A stretch of 64,000 nucleotides of DNA, from NCBI GenBank assembly GCA_963827685.1, contig CAWHBU010000007.1, forward strand, positions 128,001 to 192,000. The letters run 5' to 3'. The first letter of the stretch is position 1, and every line of letters starts with the position of its first letter. Made by a program: the position numbers and the translations under genes. This document shows positions 9,692 to 19,894 of this stretch, one piece after another. Source of the stretch: an uncultured delta proteobacterium. GTDB lineage: Bacteria; Desulfobacterota; BSN033; UBA1163. Below the pieces are notes generated by a model, which did not search any database, was not told the origin of the DNA, and saw only the letters and a program-made list of their open reading frames with translations.

Positions 9692-10501
9692 GTGAAACAT
9701 CTTTTCGAAGATTGGGAGAACATTCAAGACAGGATTCAGAAAGCCCAGAATCTCTTTCTTTTTCTGGACTATGACGGAACCCTTACTCCAATTGCACCCT
9801 GGCCTGACATGGCGCTTTGTCCGTCTCAAGTAAAGAGGCATTTGGAAGCACTGCGTGATATCCCCGGGGTCCACCTGGCCATCATTAGTGGACGATCCCT
9901 GGAAGATGTGCGGGAAAAAGTAGGCGTCTCAGGCATCATCTACGTAGGAAGCCATGGTTTGGAAATCGAGAATCCGGCCGGAAGGCATAAGAGAAGTCTG
10001 TCGCCGACCAGAAAAAGGGAGCTCAACAGAATCACGCAAAAGTTGCGGAATTCTTTGAAAGAAATTCCCGGGATTCTTTTTGAGGAGAAGGGACCTATTC
10101 TGTCTGTTCATTATCGCAACGTGCCTAAGGAATTTTCTACCCAAGTTTGTCAGCTAGTGGAAGTGGATCTTCAGCAATGGAGGGATCGCTGGAAGATAGC
10201 ATCAGGCAAAATGGTTTTGGAAATTCGACCCAAAGTCAATTTTCATAAAGGGAAAGCCGTTAGAGAAATTCTAAAAACCTTTCCCTCCTTGGGGCTTTTG
10301 CCATTCTATTTGGGAGATGACCAAACCGATGAAGATGCCTTTCGAGTGATCAAGGGCCAGGGCATCTCAGTTTTTATCGGACCGGGTACGCTTCCCTCGG
10401 AGGCTGATTTTTTTCTGAAAGACCCTCACGAAGTTCAAGAATTTCTTTTCCGGTGTAAGGAGGTCAGGCGTGCTCATAACCCTTATCCCGGAGCCACCTG
10501 A
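9692..10501 (+). CDS. otsB: trehalose-6-phosphate phosphatase
   Basis: HAD motifs FLDYDGTL, ISGRS, GKMVLEIRP, HKG, LGDDQTDEDAF; GTG start after GGAGGAGG. Confidence 0.9.
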   Translation: MKHLFEDWENIQDRIQKAQNLFLFLDYDGTLTPIAPWPDMALCPSQVKRHLEALRDIPGVHLAIISGRSLEDVREKVGVSGIIYVGSHGLEIENPAGRHKRSLSPTRKRELNRITQKLRNSLKEIPGILFEEKGPILSVHYRNVPKEFSTQVCQLVEVDLQQWRDRWKIASGKMVLEIRPKVNFHKGKAVREILKTFPSLGLLPFYLGDDQTDEDAFRVIKGQGISVFIGPGTLPSEADFFLKDPHEVQEFLFRCKEVRRAHNPYPGAT

Positions 10502-10556
10502 AATGGAGTGCAAACCTCCGCTTTTTTTTGTCAGCCGATCGTGGTAAGATAATTCT

Positions 10557-11232
10557 ATGGTGCCTAAAATCGCCGAACATCCTTTTTTCTTCACCGGCTG
10601 CTGGGAACTGAGGGAAATGGTGGGGCGCAGTGCCCGGGATGAGCAGCAGTTTCTGGAGGCCATCGAGGAAATCCCTCTTGACTCCCTATTCTTTCATACG
10701 CACAGCTTTTTCCTTCGTCATGCATACATCGCCGGTCCCTACCCGAATGACTTCGCCACCTGGGCAGCGATTCAGGTGCGCGACCGGGTCCTCGGCGAAA
10801 AACTGGGCATCCTGGATCCAGTATGATTTCGAAAATCTGGAAGCCTTGCGCGCCGAGATTGTAGACATCATTGATGAACATCTCTCTCAACTCCAAATCA
10901 TTCCCCGAGTCATCTATGGAGAACCTTTTCACTTTATGCAATCCAGAATCCTCGAAGTTCCGACAGGTTTGGAAGCCCGAACTCTGGCGGAGTTTCGGAA
11001 GATTCTTGTCACGGTGGATGCCAGCGCAGTCTACTATCATAATTTCGAGGCTATCCTCCGGCTTGGGAGAAAGAAGGGCGATTTTGCTCTCTGGATTGAA
11101 GAGCAGCTTGACCTACCTGAACTGGCCCAGAAAATTTCCAGACTCGATTGTTACATGACCAGCCTGGAGTCCGTTCGCCATCAGATCGTCAAGCTCTGTG
11201 ATGAGGTTCTGGAGAAGGAGACCCGAGGATGA
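10557..11232 (+). pseudogene. DUF5752-like protein (TreT-associated), +1 frameshift near 10821
   Basis: SLFFHTH..YPNDFATWA..LGEKLGILDP continues as YDFENLEALR in another frame; extra G in GATCCA-G-TATGAT. Confidence 0.75.
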
Positions 11233-12431
11233 GCCGCCTCAACGATTACCGGGAAGTGGTCCCTAAGGGCACGATCGACTTCTTGATGTCCCTGGCTGAG
11301 CAGGTCAAGGGGAGAAAGATCGTGCACATCAATTCTACCAAGCTGGGCGGGGGAGTAGCAGAAATGCTCAGGAGCCAGCTCCCCCTCCTGAAGGATTTAG
11401 GCATCGATGCCCAATGGCAGACCATTTCAGGAACCGAGGCGTTTTTCAATGTGACGAAGTCCTTCCACAACGCTCTCCAGGGACAAGAGCAGCACCTCTC
11501 GCAACAGATGCTCCAGACTTATTTGGAGGTTAACCGGGAGAATGCCCAACGCCTTTCCTTCGATGCGCATTACGTGGTCATTCACGACCCCCAACCAACG
11601 GCCTTGATTGAAAGCCGCCGGGCCCAAGGCAGGTGGATCTGGCGCTGCCATATTGATATCTCTCGGCCGCAGTGGAAAGTTTGGAGTTTTCTGAAGCAGT
11701 TTGTGGTGAATTACGATGCGGCCATTTTCTCCCTGCCCCGATTTGCCCAGCGGCTCCCTATCCCCCAGTTCCTCATCTTCCCTTCTATTGACCCTTTGAG
11801 CGATAAGAATCGCGAACTCTCCCCCCAAGAGCAGTCCCAGATACTTAGCCGGCTTAACGTTCCTACGGACAAACCGATCCTTTTGCAGGTATCCCGCTTT
11901 GACCGCTTCAAAGACCCTTTGGGGGTTATTGAGGCTTATCGGCTGGTTAAGAAACACCACGACCTGCAACTGGTCTTGGCCGGGGGAGGAGCTACAGATG
12001 ACCCAGAGGGGGAGACTGTTCTGTCCGAAGTCCGCGAGGCAGCCGGGGATGATCCAGATATCCATATCCTTCTCCTCCCCCCAGATGCCAACCTGGAGAT
12101 TAACGCTCTGCAAAGGGCAGCCACCATCGTTCTGCAAAAATCCCTTCGGGAAGGGTTCGGGCTAACTGTGGCTGAGGCGATGTGGAAGGGAAAGCCAGTC
12201 ATCGGAGGCTCCGCGGGCGGAATCACCGTTCAACTCGTCTATGGCGTAACCGGGTTCACTGTCAACTCTGTAGAAGGAGCTGCCTTCCGTATCCATCATC
12301 TCCTGGATAATCCTGAGGTGATGACCAAGATAGGGGAGGATGCGAAAGAATACGTGCGGCAGAGTTTCTTGATCACCCGCCACCTGGGCGATTGGTTGGC
12401 ACTCATGAGCTTTCTAGGACGCGGAAACTGA
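11229..12431 (+). CDS. treT: trehalose synthase TreT-like GT4 glycosyltransferase
   Basis: HINST..GGGVAE, IHDPQP, WRCHID, QVSRFDRFKDP, QKSLREGFGLTVAEA. Confidence 0.88.
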   Translation: MSRLNDYREVVPKGTIDFLMSLAEQVKGRKIVHINSTKLGGGVAEMLRSQLPLLKDLGIDAQWQTISGTEAFFNVTKSFHNALQGQEQHLSQQMLQTYLEVNRENAQRLSFDAHYVVIHDPQPTALIESRRAQGRWIWRCHIDISRPQWKVWSFLKQFVVNYDAAIFSLPRFAQRLPIPQFLIFPSIDPLSDKNRELSPQEQSQILSRLNVPTDKPILLQVSRFDRFKDPLGVIEAYRLVKKHHDLQLVLAGGGATDDPEGETVLSEVREAAGDDPDIHILLLPPDANLEINALQRAATIVLQKSLREGFGLTVAEAMWKGKPVIGGSAGGITVQLVYGVTGFTVNSVEGAAFRIHHLLDNPEVMTKIGEDAKEYVRQSFLITRHLGDWLALMSFLGRGN

Positions 12432-12444
12432 AAGGAGGAAAACA

Positions 12445-12906
12445 ATGCCAAGCTTTAAGACATTTCTCATTTTCATCATTGTCGTCATCGTAACTTTTGG
12501 GATCGGATATGGCTGGGGCTATTTGAAATTACAAAATGCCGAGAAAGAATGGGCCGCTGCCAGGGAGGAGATGCAGGCCAAAATCAGCACACTGGAAAAA
12601 GATCTGGCGCTTGCAAAAGCCCGTGTATCGCTCTGGGAAATGCCCCTTGGGCTTTCTCAGGTCAGTGTCCATTTATCGGAGAAGAATTTCGGCCTGGCAA
12701 CCCAATCCTTGGATCAGATTAAAGAGACTTTCTCCAAGGCCAAGACCACTTTGGAAAGCGAATTGAAAGGGAAGTTTGACTTTTTCCTTCCGGCATTGGA
12801 AGAAATCAGGAATGAGGCCCAGAATATGAACCCGAACACCAAGAAAAAAATAGAAGAATTGCAAAAGCGGTTTGAGCAAGCGCTGCGCTCCGGCAAAACT
12901 GGCTGA
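12445..12906 (+). CDS. membrane-anchored coiled-coil hypothetical protein
   Basis: AGGAGG RBS, N-terminal TM, helical remainder. Confidence 0.75.
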   Translation: MPSFKTFLIFIIVVIVTFGIGYGWGYLKLQNAEKEWAAAREEMQAKISTLEKDLALAKARVSLWEMPLGLSQVSVHLSEKNFGLATQSLDQIKETFSKAKTTLESELKGKFDFFLPALEEIRNEAQNMNPNTKKKIEELQKRFEQALRSGKTG

Positions 12907-12956
12907 GGCGAGCAAGGGTCTGAGCGGCTTTATGAAGAAGGGGAAAAGCGCCCTTT

Positions 12957-15202
12957 TCAGGTGGGCTTTTCCAGGCGTACCTGAGCCAGGGCGGTGATCA
13001 GATCTGTGGCCCAATAATAAATGTTGCGGTTTTTTAGAATCTCCCGCATCCCTCGCATGCGAGCCTTTTGTTCTGCAGGGTCCATCTCCAGGGCCGTGCG
13101 AACCGCTTCCGCCATTTCTTCAATGTCATAAGGATTGACAATCAGGGCATCTCTGAGTTCCCTCGATGCTCCGGTGAATTGGCTGAGAATCAGGACGCCT
13201 GATTCGTCATCCCGAGCGCCGATATATTCCTTGGCCACCAGATTCATCCCATCGTGTAGAGAGGTAACCAGACAGAGGTCTGCGGTCTCGTAAAATGGCC
13301 TAATTTCTTCATGGCTGTGGTGCTTTTTTAAGAAAACGATCGGTTGCCATTCTTTGCCCTTAAAGCGCCAGTTGATCCGATCTACCTCTACCTCCACCGT
13401 CGCAATTAAATCGTGGTACTCCTTAATGTGGGTACGACTTGGAGCCCCAAGCTCCACAAAAGTGAATTCCCCCTGATAAGCAGGATATTTTTCCAGGAAT
13501 CGTTCGATGGCTTTAAAGCGTTCCAGGATCCCCTTCGTATAATCAATGCGATCCACCCCCACGCCCAAATATTTTCCCTTGATGCCTAGATCCTTCAGAA
13601 GACTCTCTTTGTTGGGCTTCGTGGCATTGCTTCCTGTGGAGGCGTTGGATTGGCCCGGGAAGGCAATACTGATGGGAAATGGCTTCACCAGGGTGGTTTG
13701 CCCTCCTCTTTCGACCGCAAAATGTTCCCAGTCAATCCGGGATTCTAAGGCACGGTCAACCGTATCAAGAAAGTTGTTACAATGAAACTGGATATGAAAC
13801 CCGATGAGGTCCGCCCCTAACATGCCATGCAGAAGTTCCCTCTGCCAAGGGCAGATGCTGAAGGACTCTGGATTCGGCCAAGGAATATGCCAGAAAAGAG
13901 CCACCCGAGCCTCCGGACGCTTTTCTTTGATCAATCGGGGGAGTAAGGCAAAATGATAATCCTGAATCAAAATCAAGGGCTCTTCGACATCCTCCAGTTC
14001 TTCCAAAGTGGCTCGAGCAAATTTCTTGTTGACGTTTTGATAGTACCCCCAATCCTCAGCCCGGAAGGATGGACGTGTATGCGCGATGTGGCAGAGCGGC
14101 CAGAGCCCCTCATTGGAAAATCCGTAATAGTAACCCTTTTCTTCTTCCTTGGTGAGCCAGACCCTTTTGAGGACATATTGAGGCTCCTCGGGGGGAACTC
14201 TGATTTTGCTCTGGGCATCAACCACCTCGCGGTCCGCATCACCGCTTCCATGGGCAATCCAGGTTCCTCCGCAGGCCTTAAGGACAGGCTCTAAGGCCGT
14301 CACTAACCCACTGGCTGGCACCATGCATTCAATCTTTTTTCCCTTTTTTTCATGCATATAAGGTTCACGGTTGGAGATCACGAAGAAAGGCCTTTCCTGG
14401 AGGAGGGTACGGACCTGCTCTTTAAGCCGCGTTGGAGTCCATATGGATTCGGCGGTATGTCTGAGACGTGCTTCTTCCTCGGCAGCCTCGCGAGCCGCTG
14501 AGATACTCCTGGCCATCTGCGTGACCTCCTTGGTCAGGGGCTCAAAAACTCCTCCCGAAGGAAGGCGGAGGGGTTCTTTGCTTTTTTCCGTCCGCAGGTG
14601 TTTCATCCATTCAGCCATTTTTGCAATCGGCCCGGTCATACTCCAACGAATCAAGAGGAGAGTAGTCAGAGAAATGACAAGGGCGTTCACCAAGAAACGG
14701 ATGAAATTATTTTTCCAGATAAGCGAGAGTCGGTCCTGAATATAGGAAGGATTTTGAATGATGACCAGGGCGCCCGCCACACCCTCTTCCCGATGAAGGG
14801 GCAGAGCATAAAGGTACATCTCTTTTCCACCGAGACGGGAAAAATGTCCGCTCTCGAGATCGGAGTTCATGGCGTTGGTCACAAATGTCGGGGTTTTGGA
14901 CAGATGAGCGGACAATGCGGGAGTAGCGGCTATTAATTTGTCCTTCACGTCATATATCGCCACCCCGGCAAGCCTTTCCCGGTTTCCGAATTTTTCCACG
15001 ATTTTCTGAAGACGCTCTGGGGCCCTTTTTCCAATAAGGGTTCAATGGTTTCTTTCAGGCTTTCACCTAAAAGGGAAGTGCGGCGCTGAAGGTCAATGGT
15101 CAACCTCTCTCTCTCCTGTCGCACCTGTTGGAGGGTAAACAGAAAAACAAGGACGCTGATCACGACCACAACCGAAAGAATAATTCGCAAATTGATACGC
15201 AA
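12957..15202 (-). pseudogene. otsA: trehalose-6-phosphate synthase (GT20) with N-terminal TM-sensor-TM-HAMP-like region; frameshift near 15020
   Basis: [48 protein letters not shown]; TM1 lies in ORF 14945-15202, one base out of frame at GGGCCCC. Confidence 0.85.
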
Positions 15203-15427
15203 AGGACACCCCTCAGGATTAATTGAAACTCATTTAGCAGAGCAATATAGAGAAGAAGGATAAGCCTGATTTCATTTTGCATATTTTCTCAGAGCTTGTC
15301 AAATTCCCTTTGAATACTGCTGGAAATATTCTGTTACTCCCTGTCTCCAATAGCGAAGTGGCCTCTTCTTTCGTTAAACTTTCTCCACCCTTGGAATTTC
15401 ATAAGCTCTCATCTCAAGAAAGATCCC

Positions 15428-15553
15428 TTATTCTGAAAAAAGTATGAATCTCAATATAATGATTAATGCTATCCCAAGAGTGATTAACATGACCAACATT
15501 GGGAGTGATGACTCCTTCTTTTCTTCCTTTTTTTCTTACTTCTTTTCCCTCAT
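15428..15553 (-). pseudogene. second microprotein copy with TAA at codon 6
   Basis: ATG AGG GAA AAG AAG TAA; the TM-coding part is identical to copy 1 at protein level. Confidence 0.6.
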
Positions 15554-15682
15554 CCTATTTATCTCCTTTCCGGTCCCTGCGGATAGTGCAATCCTTCATC
15601 TTGATCTTTCAGTTGTAGGAAATAGGGTCATGATCTTGATCACTCGTCTCTTTTTCGGGATATCCGCATTCCTCGACCGAAT

Positions 15683-15775
15683 AAAAAAAGCCGCTACCCG
15701 AAATTTTACTTTCGAATAGCGGCCCGACTATCCAGCCCCGTTAACCTCCAGAAATATTAGAATATCTCTGGACCC
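15683..15775 (-). ncRNA. nhaA-I-like riboswitch with overlapping terminator, copy C
   Basis: GGGUCCAGAGAUAUU..AAUAUUUCUGG-AGGUU..UAGUCGGGCCGC plus terminator hairpin and U7. Confidence 0.72.
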
Positions 15776-16048
15776 ATTAAACCTCTTTTTTCAAAAACAT
15801 GAAATTTATAATAAATTATTTTAAAAATGTCAAGGATTTTTCCATTGAACTTATGAGAATCAATTCTTGAGACTGTCGATGATCGCTTGAAATCCGGACT
15901 ATTTGGATAAAAACTCTGTTAACGGGCAAGGATTCTCTCAAGACTTCTTTTTACACCTTCTTGAGGAGGGAGGCATCCATTTCATTGTTTTGTATCTCCC
16001 AACACTGAATCATCGCCGAGAATTTACCGAGACTTAACCGGCTTTTGC

Positions 16049-17149
16049 TCAACTCTCTCCCTTTCTGATGATTGTGACCGCAGTGGCCTTAAAGGAAGCC
16101 CTCACTTCTTTTCCTTCTGTCAACGATAATTCTTCCACAGAATGATTCGTCACATGGGCAACGAGAGGAAATCCACACTGGAGATGAATTTTTTGATAAA
16201 GCCCTAAAGAGATGATCTTCACAATCTTCCCCTGAAATACGTTTCTGGCACTCGTTCCTTCTTGGGAAGGGCGAATCGAGAGGGTGACGTTTTCTGGCCG
16301 GATGCATAGAACCACCCTCTCTCCTAAATAGGCATCCCCAACCGCCTCGATCTCTTGACCCTCCACAGAGACAATAAACGTCCCGCCGTCCCTCTTGATC
16401 ACTTTCCCGGTCAGGATCGTCTCCACTCCCATGAAGGAAGCCACTAATTCATTCACAGGATGGTTCGCTACCTCTTCGGGAGATCCGATCTGAATGATCT
16501 GTCCTCCGTTCATCACGGCAATCCGATCTGACAGTCTCAAGGCTTCCAGACGATCGTGAGTGGCGAAGATGGCCGTCGTTCGGGTTTGCTGAAGGATATG
16601 CTCCAGGTCTTCAATCAGGGAATCGCGGGTAGGAGGGTCGAGGGAAGAAAAAGGTTCGTCAAGGAGAAGGATTTCGGGCCGAAGGGCAAAGGCCCGTGCG
16701 AGACTCGTCCTTTGTGCCTCTCCTCCTGATAGAGTTCTCGCAGAACGGCCTTTGAGATGAATAATTCCAAATTGTTCCAACTGCTCCATGGCTCGATCGC
16801 GAATTTCATTTCTTTTGAACCCACGAATTTTTAAACCCGATGCCACATTGTTAAAGACCGTTGTGTCAAAGAGGAGAGGCTCCTGGAAGACCATGGCCAG
16901 TTTCCTCCGGTATTCTAAAACGGAATGATTCTTTTCTACCCTATTCCCTCTAAAAAAGATTTCACCCCGAAAGGGCTTCAACAAATAGGATAAAGTTTGA
17001 AGTAAAGTGGTCTTCCCCGCCCCATTCGGCCCAATCAGGGAGAAGATCTCCCCTTCTTGGATTAAGAGAGACGGAACCTGAATGAGGATTGCTCCTCCCC
17101 TATTCACCCCAAGATTTTTGGCTTCCAGAATGGGAGTCGACTCCGTCAT
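16049..17149 (-). CDS. tupC: tungstate ABC transporter ATPase with TOBE domains
   Basis: GPNGAGKT, LSGGEAQR, LLLDEP, TSARNVFQG, FKATAV. Confidence 0.85.
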   Translation of the reverse strand: MTESTPILEAKNLGVNRGGAILIQVPSLLIQEGEIFSLIGPNGAGKTTLLQTLSYLLKPFRGEIFFRGNRVEKNHSVLEYRRKLAMVFQEPLLFDTTVFNNVASGLKIRGFKRNEIRDRAMEQLEQFGIIHLKGRSARTLSGGEAQRTSLARAFALRPEILLLDEPFSSLDPPTRDSLIEDLEHILQQTRTTAIFATHDRLEALRLSDRIAVMNGGQIIQIGSPEEVANHPVNELVASFMGVETILTGKVIKRDGGTFIVSVEGQEIEAVGDAYLGERVVLCIRPENVTLSIRPSQEGTSARNVFQGKIVKIISLGLYQKIHLQCGFPLVAHVTNHSVEELSLTEGKEVRASFKATAVTIIRKGES

Positions 17150-17235
17150 AATTGTTTTCCTATAATAGGGGTTTTCTTAAAGTTATGAGCTGTTTGCCGT
17201 CCATCTTTTGCCTACTGCCTACTGCCTTCTTTTTC

Positions 17236-17934
17236 CTATCTCGGCCTTTCCCTCTGTTGGATTTGAGTGAGGATCAGATTGATGAAGTAAGCAAGCAATA
17301 GGAGAATAATACCCAAGGCAATGGCAATGTCGAAATTCCCGCGACTCGTTTCCATAACAGTCGCCGTGGTAAGAACTCGGGAATAGCCTTTGATATTACC
17401 GCCTACCATGATGGAAGCACCCACCTCAGAGATCACACCACCAAATCCTGCCATCACTGCGGCCAAAAGGGGAAGCTTCGCCTCTTTGATCAAGATCCAA
17501 ACCATCTGAAAACGAGTCGCCCCGAGAGCCAGAATTTGAAGCCGAAGCTTTTGGGGAAGTTGCTGAATCGCTGCCAGAGTAATCCCCATCACGATGGGGG
17601 TGGCGATGATGGCTTGGGCAATAATCATGGCGGTGGGCGTGTAGAGGATTTCAAAAAAGCCAAGGGGCCCGTTTCTCCACAGGAAGATGGTCACGAATAG
17701 ACCCACCACCACTGGCGGAAGTCCCATGCCCGTATTGATGAGACTTACGGCAAATCGCTTTCCCGGAAATCTTGAAAGCGCGATGGTCGTCCCAACAGAA
17801 ATCCCAATCAATAAGCTGATCAGTGTAGCTGTCGCCGAAACCTCGAGAGAAAGAAGGGTGATCCCCATAACCTCAGGATCAAAGGTAATCAAGAGAAAGA
17901 AAGCCTTCTTAATCCCTTCAAAAATAAGATCCAT
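17236..17934 (-). CDS. tupB: tungstate ABC transporter permease
   Basis: NTGMGLPPVVVGL, ISEVGASIMVGGNIKG..RVLTTA. Confidence 0.9.
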   Translation of the reverse strand: MDLIFEGIKKAFFLLITFDPEVMGITLLSLEVSATATLISLLIGISVGTTIALSRFPGKRFAVSLINTGMGLPPVVVGLFVTIFLWRNGPLGFFEILYTPTAMIIAQAIIATPIVMGITLAAIQQLPQKLRLQILALGATRFQMVWILIKEAKLPLLAAVMAGFGGVISEVGASIMVGGNIKGYSRVLTTATVMETSRGNFDIAIALGIILLLLAYFINLILTQIQQRERPR

Positions 17935-17968
17935 CTCCAAACCCCAAATATCAAACACTAAAAATCTC

Positions 17969-18056
17969 CTCTCCCCTGGAGGGAGAGGATTAAGGTGAGG
18001 GGGAACAAATTCTTTTTACTCACCCCCACCCGCGCCCTCCCCCGTCAAGGGGGAGG
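17969..18056. repeat. GC-rich REP-like double hairpin (CCCTCCCC..GGGGAGGG family)
   Basis: Related copies at ~32885-32930, ~34000-34060, ~36202-36262 and ~50237-50328. Confidence 0.65.
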
Positions 18057-18135
18057 TAAGTAGGTTATATTTCTATGGTTCGCGGTAACAAATCCGTCAC
18101 GTAAGATTTGTTGGGGGGTTATTGGTGCTCGGCTA

Positions 18136-18996
18136 TTATTTTCCAAGCTCCTCTTCCTTTTTACCAGCATCCGGGAAGAAAAGAGGAAATCCGAATTTAT
18201 CGACTCCAAAGGTTTTGATGATGTCCTGGGTTTCTTTAGTGACCATGAAATCAGCAAAAGCTTTTGCCCCAGCGCTATTGACCTTAGGCCATTTCGTAGG
18301 ATTCACTTCAATGACATGATAGATGTTGAGGAGGATGGCATCCCCTTCGACCAGAATATCAAGTCCGAGGCTTTTCTTCAACGCCAGATAAGTCCCACGA
18401 TCGGCGAGTGTATAGCCTTTTTTCTCAGCGGCGACATTGAGGGTCTGGCCCATTCCAAGGCCGGTCTGCTGATACCATTTTTCTCCTTCGGGGTTGATCC
18501 CTGTAGCTTTCCAAATATCTTTTTCCTTTGCATGGGTTCCTGAATTATCTCCTCTTGACAAAAATAAGACTTTTGCCAAAGCTATTTTTTTAAACGATTC
18601 TGAAGAAGATTTTATTTCTTTGATCTTTGCCGGATCCCCGGAAGGTCCCACGATGATAAAGTCATTATGCATGACGAGCCTTCGATTTATTCCATAACCT
18701 TCAGCCATGAATTTCTTCTCAGCTTCGGGAGAATGGACCAGAAGCACATCGGCTTCTCCCTTTTGGCCCATCGCCATGGCCTGTCCCGACCCTACCGCAA
18801 TGGTCTTAACAAAATAGTCCGTCTTCTTCTCAAAGACGGGAAGAAGGACATCAAGAAGTCCCGAATCCTGCGTGCTGGTGGTGGTAGCGAGGATGATTGC
18901 CTTCGACTGCCCTTGAACAGAGAAAACTCCTGTGATGAATAAAAGTGAAACGACAACTCCTAATAACAGAATCTTTTGGCCTATCCGTCGATTCAT
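18136..18996 (-). CDS. tupA: tungstate-binding periplasmic protein
   Basis: Signal peptide, LATTTSTQDSGLL, MHNDF, SRGDNSGTH. Confidence 0.92.
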   Translation of the reverse strand: MNRRIGQKILLLGVVVSLLFITGVFSVQGQSKAIILATTTSTQDSGLLDVLLPVFEKKTDYFVKTIAVGSGQAMAMGQKGEADVLLVHSPEAEKKFMAEGYGINRRLVMHNDFIIVGPSGDPAKIKEIKSSSESFKKIALAKVLFLSRGDNSGTHAKEKDIWKATGINPEGEKWYQQTGLGMGQTLNVAAEKKGYTLADRGTYLALKKSLGLDILVEGDAILLNIYHVIEVNPTKWPKVNSAGAKAFADFMVTKETQDIIKTFGVDKFGFPLFFPDAGKKEEELGK

Positions 18997-19019
18997 AATC
19001 CTTCCTCCTTAATGGGTGA

Positions 19020-19883
19020 CTAATTTTTTTGGCCTTGTAAACTTCTCCATTCAACTGAGTTGGGAAAGAAAAGAGAACTCCCATATCTGTCTTTACCAAA
19101 GTCCCTGATGATCCTTTGGCCTTTCTCCGGAGAAGTCAGCCATTTTACAAAGATCATCACATCTTCATAATTTGCCTTCGGAAACTTCTTGGGGTTTACA
19201 GGAATCAGAGTCATATAATTCACAAGGGCATCATCTTTTTCTACCAACACAACCAATTTGATCTGGCCCTTCAGCGTAAGATAAGTAGCACGGTCAATCA
19301 CCGTATAAGCCTCTTTCTGGTCTGCATAGCACAGGGTGGGCACATTTCCCTCTGACCCTTTCTCATAAATGACATACCAGGAACCTGAAGGTTTGATCCC
19401 GGCTTTCTCCCACAACTGCATTTCCGCCACATGGGTTCCTGATTTGTCGCCCCGACTGATAAAAGTAACACCCCTCTCCGAAATCCTCTTAAGAGCCCTG
19501 GCGGCTTGTTGCATTCCTTTAATTCCGGCTTGATCATTGGAAGGGCCAACAATTACAAAATCGTTATACATCAAATCGATTCTTTCAGTCCCAAAGCCTT
19601 CACTCACAAATTTCTCTTCAAGAGATTTAGCATGGACCAAAACCAAATCCACATTTCCCTTTCGAGCAATATCTAAAGCTGCGCCAGTCCCTGAGCCCAC
19701 ATGGCGTACCCGGATACCTGTTTCTTTTTCAAATTCATTTTCCAGTAGATCAACAATGCCCGAGTCGATAGGGCCGATCGTACTGGCCATCAGGATAAAT
19801 TTACTGCTTTGAGCCAGACCCAACGAGGAATAGAGCAATAGTGAACAGAAGAATCCAACAGAAATCCATTTCTTCACACGCAC
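19020..19883 (-). CDS. TupA paralogue with variant N-terminal motif
   Basis: MASTIGPIDSG replaces TTTS; MYNDF and SRGDKSGTH retained. Confidence 0.85.
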   Translation of the reverse strand: MRVKKWISVGFFCSLLLYSSLGLAQSSKFILMASTIGPIDSGIVDLLENEFEKETGIRVRHVGSGTGAALDIARKGNVDLVLVHAKSLEEKFVSEGFGTERIDLMYNDFVIVGPSNDQAGIKGMQQAARALKRISERGVTFISRGDKSGTHVAEMQLWEKAGIKPSGSWYVIYEKGSEGNVPTLCYADQKEAYTVIDRATYLTLKGQIKLVVLVEKDDALVNYMTLIPVNPKKFPKANYEDVMIFVKWLTSPEKGQRIIRDFGKDRYGSSLFFPNSVEWRSLQGQKN

Positions 19884-19894
19884 TCTCCTTTAGA

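Larger units (their letters stand above)
15389..15890. repeat. second copy of the riboswitch-microprotein cassette (direct repeat of 8724-9112 plus 9301-9420)
   Basis: Long near-identical stretches, e.g. AAGAAAGATCCCTTATTCTGAAAAAAGTATGAATCTCAAT and GTCAAGGATTTTTCCATTGAACTTATGAGAATC. Confidence 0.9.
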
